Shown piece by piece: positions 57,100 to 64,000 of a DNA stretch of 64,000 bases. Each line of letters begins with the position of its first letter. Within the stretch, counting starts at the first letter, position 1. The notes beneath the pieces were generated by a model. That model was not told the origin of the DNA, did no database searches, and was given only the letters and a program-made list of their open reading frames with translations. Origin of the DNA: Ophelia neglecta (lineage: Eukaryota). The translations under genes and the position numbers were made by a program. The DNA lies in NCBI GenBank assembly GCA_965285935.1, contig OZ260663.1, forward strand, positions 73,036,001-73,100,000, in the 5' to 3' direction.

Positions 57100-58031
57100 C
57101 TACATGAGTTACAAAATGTTTTTACTGTAGTTGGCAATGTTATGATTTAGCAAAAAGTTATGTAAAAACGGCACTGAAATTGACAAGAATGAAGTTTCTA
57201 TGCCTGGTCATGAGCTGATAAGTTTTTGGGTGAAATCTGATGATATTTTGCAGCCATGAAAATGACAATATTTTTTAGGCTTTCTTCTATAATAAGGCAG
57301 CAATGCTGTAAATTACTATTGGTGGGTACAGAAAGTGTGTGCTGTGATTCCAACGGTGTTTTCAGCTTTTGACCTACATTTTTTAGGTTGAATTGCCAAA
57401 TAACGAAGAAAAAAAAATGGCTGCAACTAAGCAATAAATCATTTTGTGGTCATGGTTGTGCTTGGGATAGGGACATACTTTTGGAAATATGTTTAACAAA
57501 ATTACTTTTGCGACTTGAGTAAAGAAATGTGACACCAATATCTCATTCCAGCACAAATTATTATAGTTACCTCACCAAAATTGACCGGGATGAAGCCCCT
57601 ATATGCCTGACCATAAATGGATAAACGTTTGGTGGAAATCTGAAAATATTTAGTTGCCAAGAGGAGGGCAAAGAAAAATTTGTTCTGCGATTCCATAGTT
57701 TTATCAGACTTGACCTTGACCTACTTTACAAGGCCAAATTTACAAACAAATTGACAAAATAAAAGGCTCACTAAGCAACAGTTTGATGCACAGCAACCAT
57801 TTGACCATTATTGATGTGCTTGGAAATGGGCTTTTTTTTCTGTGAATACATTTATACAAACTTACTACTACTACTACCCAAGCTACAAGTTTTTTACCAG
57901 TAACATGACCTGGCAACAAATATTACAGGTACCATGCCGTAATTGACAGGGATGAAACCCGTATAGCTGGCCATTAAATATATCAGCTAAATGCGGATAT
58001 TATGTTTTCAGTAGCACCACCGCCGCCGCCG
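57100..58031. repeat. Degenerate repeat element with internal ~370-400 bp reiteration and TGACCT motifs
   Basis: Related blocks AATTGAC.(G/A)G.ATGAA...TAT..CTG..CAT recur near 57178, 57579 and 57941. TGACCTTGACCT near 57711. Ends in (CCG)n. Family unassigned. Confidence 0.45.
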
Positions 58032-58437
58032 TGAGGTCTTATAGAACCTACTAATAAGTTCACTAGTTCACTTTATTTATGACCTGAAAAAAAATTAGTA
58101 AGGGGTTGTTTTGCATTATTGTTGAGGTCATATGACACCAACTTTAAGAATGACCTGCATTATTATTGAGGTCATATAGAACCTACTACAATCTGTGTAA
58201 TAAGTGAACTAGTACTGGGTAATAAGTTAACTAGTTAACTTTATTAATGACCTGAAAAAAAATTAGTAAGGGGTTGTTTTGCATTATTGTTGAGGTCATA
58301 TGACACCAACTTTAAGAATGACCTGCATTATTATTGAGGTCATATAGAACCTACTACAATCTGTGTAATAAGTGAACTAGTACTGGGTAATAAGTTAACT
58401 AGTTAACTTTATTAATGACCTGAACAAAAATTAGTTA
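58032..58437. repeat. Tandem repeat, 168-bp unit x about 2.4
   Basis: TGACCTGAA.AAAAATTAGT recurs at 58080, 58248 and 58416. The two full units are essentially identical. Confidence 0.92.
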
Positions 58438-59871
58438 ATGTTGTTATCTTTTGTGCCAACTAAAAACTACCATATTCACTACCTCGCCTTATGCCATGTT
58501 CCCCATTCGATTACTGCACGCATTCGCGGATATACCCCTTGCTGTCGCCCCCCCCCCCCCCCGACAGCGTTGGCCTAGTTTTTTTTTGTCAAATTTGTTG
58601 ATTTACCCCACCCCCCTTGCCCATCCCTACACACCTTCAACCCCTACCCCCCTCCCCCTAAGTACAGAAAGCAAGATTAAAATGAAGAAGCTTAATTTAC
58701 ATTGAGCTTAGGCATGCTTACACAGTGTTGTTTTATATGGTTCTTTTGTAAGAACCTGAAAGGATTGCATCATCCACTGCAAAGCATGAATGCAGCCGAT
58801 ATCAACTAGTTGTACATTTAAAAGCATATTAATTAGGTTGTGGCTCAGATGCCTTAAAATGTTGTTTTAGCCATTGTCATGAAGTGCACTCTTGACAAAT
58901 CACTTGTAAAGCAGATATACGTGTATTATTCAATTATCATGTTATCAATAGTTAACTACAGTATAGTAGGGTGAGGGGTTGGGGTTAAGCAGCTTACTGG
59001 TGACCAGTGAGATGGGTTTGTGAAATCATATTTTGCTTATCTGGGCACATTTGGTGGGTTGCTCAATTCAAATACATTAATCCATCTGGAAGGTCACCTT
59101 CCATTGGAATTGTATCTGGGATGCCTTTGAAGTTGACCTATGTGCTGGTAAGGCTGTGTGGGATGCCTTTGTAGGTGGTTAAGGGTGGAAGGAGGGTGAA
59201 GGAGTGTGTCCCTAAGTTTTGTGATCCTGTTAATTTTACTGACCTCAAAATGTTTCAAAATATAAGACTTGCAGAACAAGAATCATGAATTAAAATTAGG
59301 GACATTGAGGACAGCATATTCATGAATCAGGGTGAGGGATGGCTGGAAAAAAATTCAGAATGAGAGGGCAGGGTTCTTAGTAAAAGAACAAAGGCCATTC
59401 TTCCACTGTATGAAAGAAGATCTATTGTAATTTTCCCACCCAAATCAAAAGGTTGAGGGGTATGGGTTGGACAAGGAAGTATTAAAGAGTAGATTTAGTG
59501 CAAAATTTCAGTATGAAAGTGAAATGGGATATTATTTTTTAAGGATGATGTAACATAACTCTTTCTAATTTAATACAAACCATTTACCGTCTCATCAATT
59601 TTAACCTGGGACATTTTAGATGCAACTAAAACCAATTATATAGGATTGAATGTCAAGTGCTGGGTTGTATGGCTTAATACATATACATGTAATGGCATAT
59701 ATCACACTTCAGTGCTAGCCAGAGTCTCTGGTGTCGGGGAGTGTTTGTCACTCATCACAAAGGGGAAGCTATGAAGATAAGCGACTCTTTTTTTTTGGTA
59801 ATGGTAAAACAAGTACTAGTACTTGTTTAACAGACAACCCATGTAAACAACTAGGTTCATTAATAAATACT

Positions 59872-59877
59872 TTTATT
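59872..59877 (-). terminator. Candidate KARS1 polyadenylation signal (AATAAA on minus strand)
   Basis: TTTATT on the plus strand about 460 nt past the KARS1 stop. Other candidates are possible. Confidence 0.4.
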
Positions 59878-60335
59878 AAGCTTTCCTTAAAGTTGTCATT
59901 TTTGTACATATGAATTACTTGCACAAACACATATGCATTTCACGATTTTGATCAATTTTTGCAGTCTATATTTGCACTTTGATTAAACTCTCTATCCTAA
60001 AGCACATTGTATAAAGTGGCATGGAAATCAAGCAAGGGACTTTATAGTCAATACACCAATCACACCTTGCTTCACTAGGGGATTTATTGCACTGCATGCC
60101 TGAAAATACTCCCAATACACCTTCTCTTTTGTTAACTGCCTCTATAGTATATGACATTTATAAGATATACATACCAAATTTTATGGTTTTATAAACTTGA
60201 TTTAATTGTAGACCTATTTCCAACACACACTTCTAGAGAAAAATGACATAAACTATATCCTGTTCTTAAACACTACTGAGTACTTAAATATTTAAGGCAG
60301 GTTTAACAAATTTGTCCTATTAAAATAAACAAGTC

Positions 60336-63899
<3,564 letters not shown>

Positions 63900-64000
63900 C
63901 TAGGACAGAAATGATATTAAATGTGTAAACAGCCTGTAAGTTTGTTAATAACAAATGTGATGAATGCATCTTTCCTTCCATAATGCTCTGCTGTAGGTAT

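Overview
AT-rich, intron-rich animal genomic DNA, probably a lophotrochozoan invertebrate such as a mollusc (inferred from protein style, repeat types and the frequent TACATGTA motif). Five spliced protein-coding genes can be rebuilt by hand with consistent splice phases. (1) GPX4/PHGPx, minus strand, a selenoprotein with an in-frame TGA (Sec) at 3262-3264 and a two-AUG first exon. (2) POLR2E/RPB5, plus strand, head-to-head with GPX4 (ATGs 374 bp apart), with a U12-type intron. (3) A ZSWIM4/5/6-family gene, plus strand, 15 coding exons, about 1114 aa. (4) OTUD6B, plus strand. (5) The 3' part of KARS1, minus strand, convergent with OTUD6B. Introns and intergenic DNA carry LINE fragments, hAT- and TcMar-type MITEs, a Helentron/HINE-like element, a decayed SWIM-type (Kolobok-like) transposon ORF and several minisatellites. 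Best leads: the divergent GPX4-POLR2E pair, which mirrors the human 19p13.3 arrangement as I recall it, and tandem repeats that have amplified RNA-processing signals (about 17 copies of a 5' splice site in ZSWIM; three extra AATAAA at the POLR2E 3' end). I found no wholly new multi-gene system. Most ORF-track entries are exon fragments or noise.
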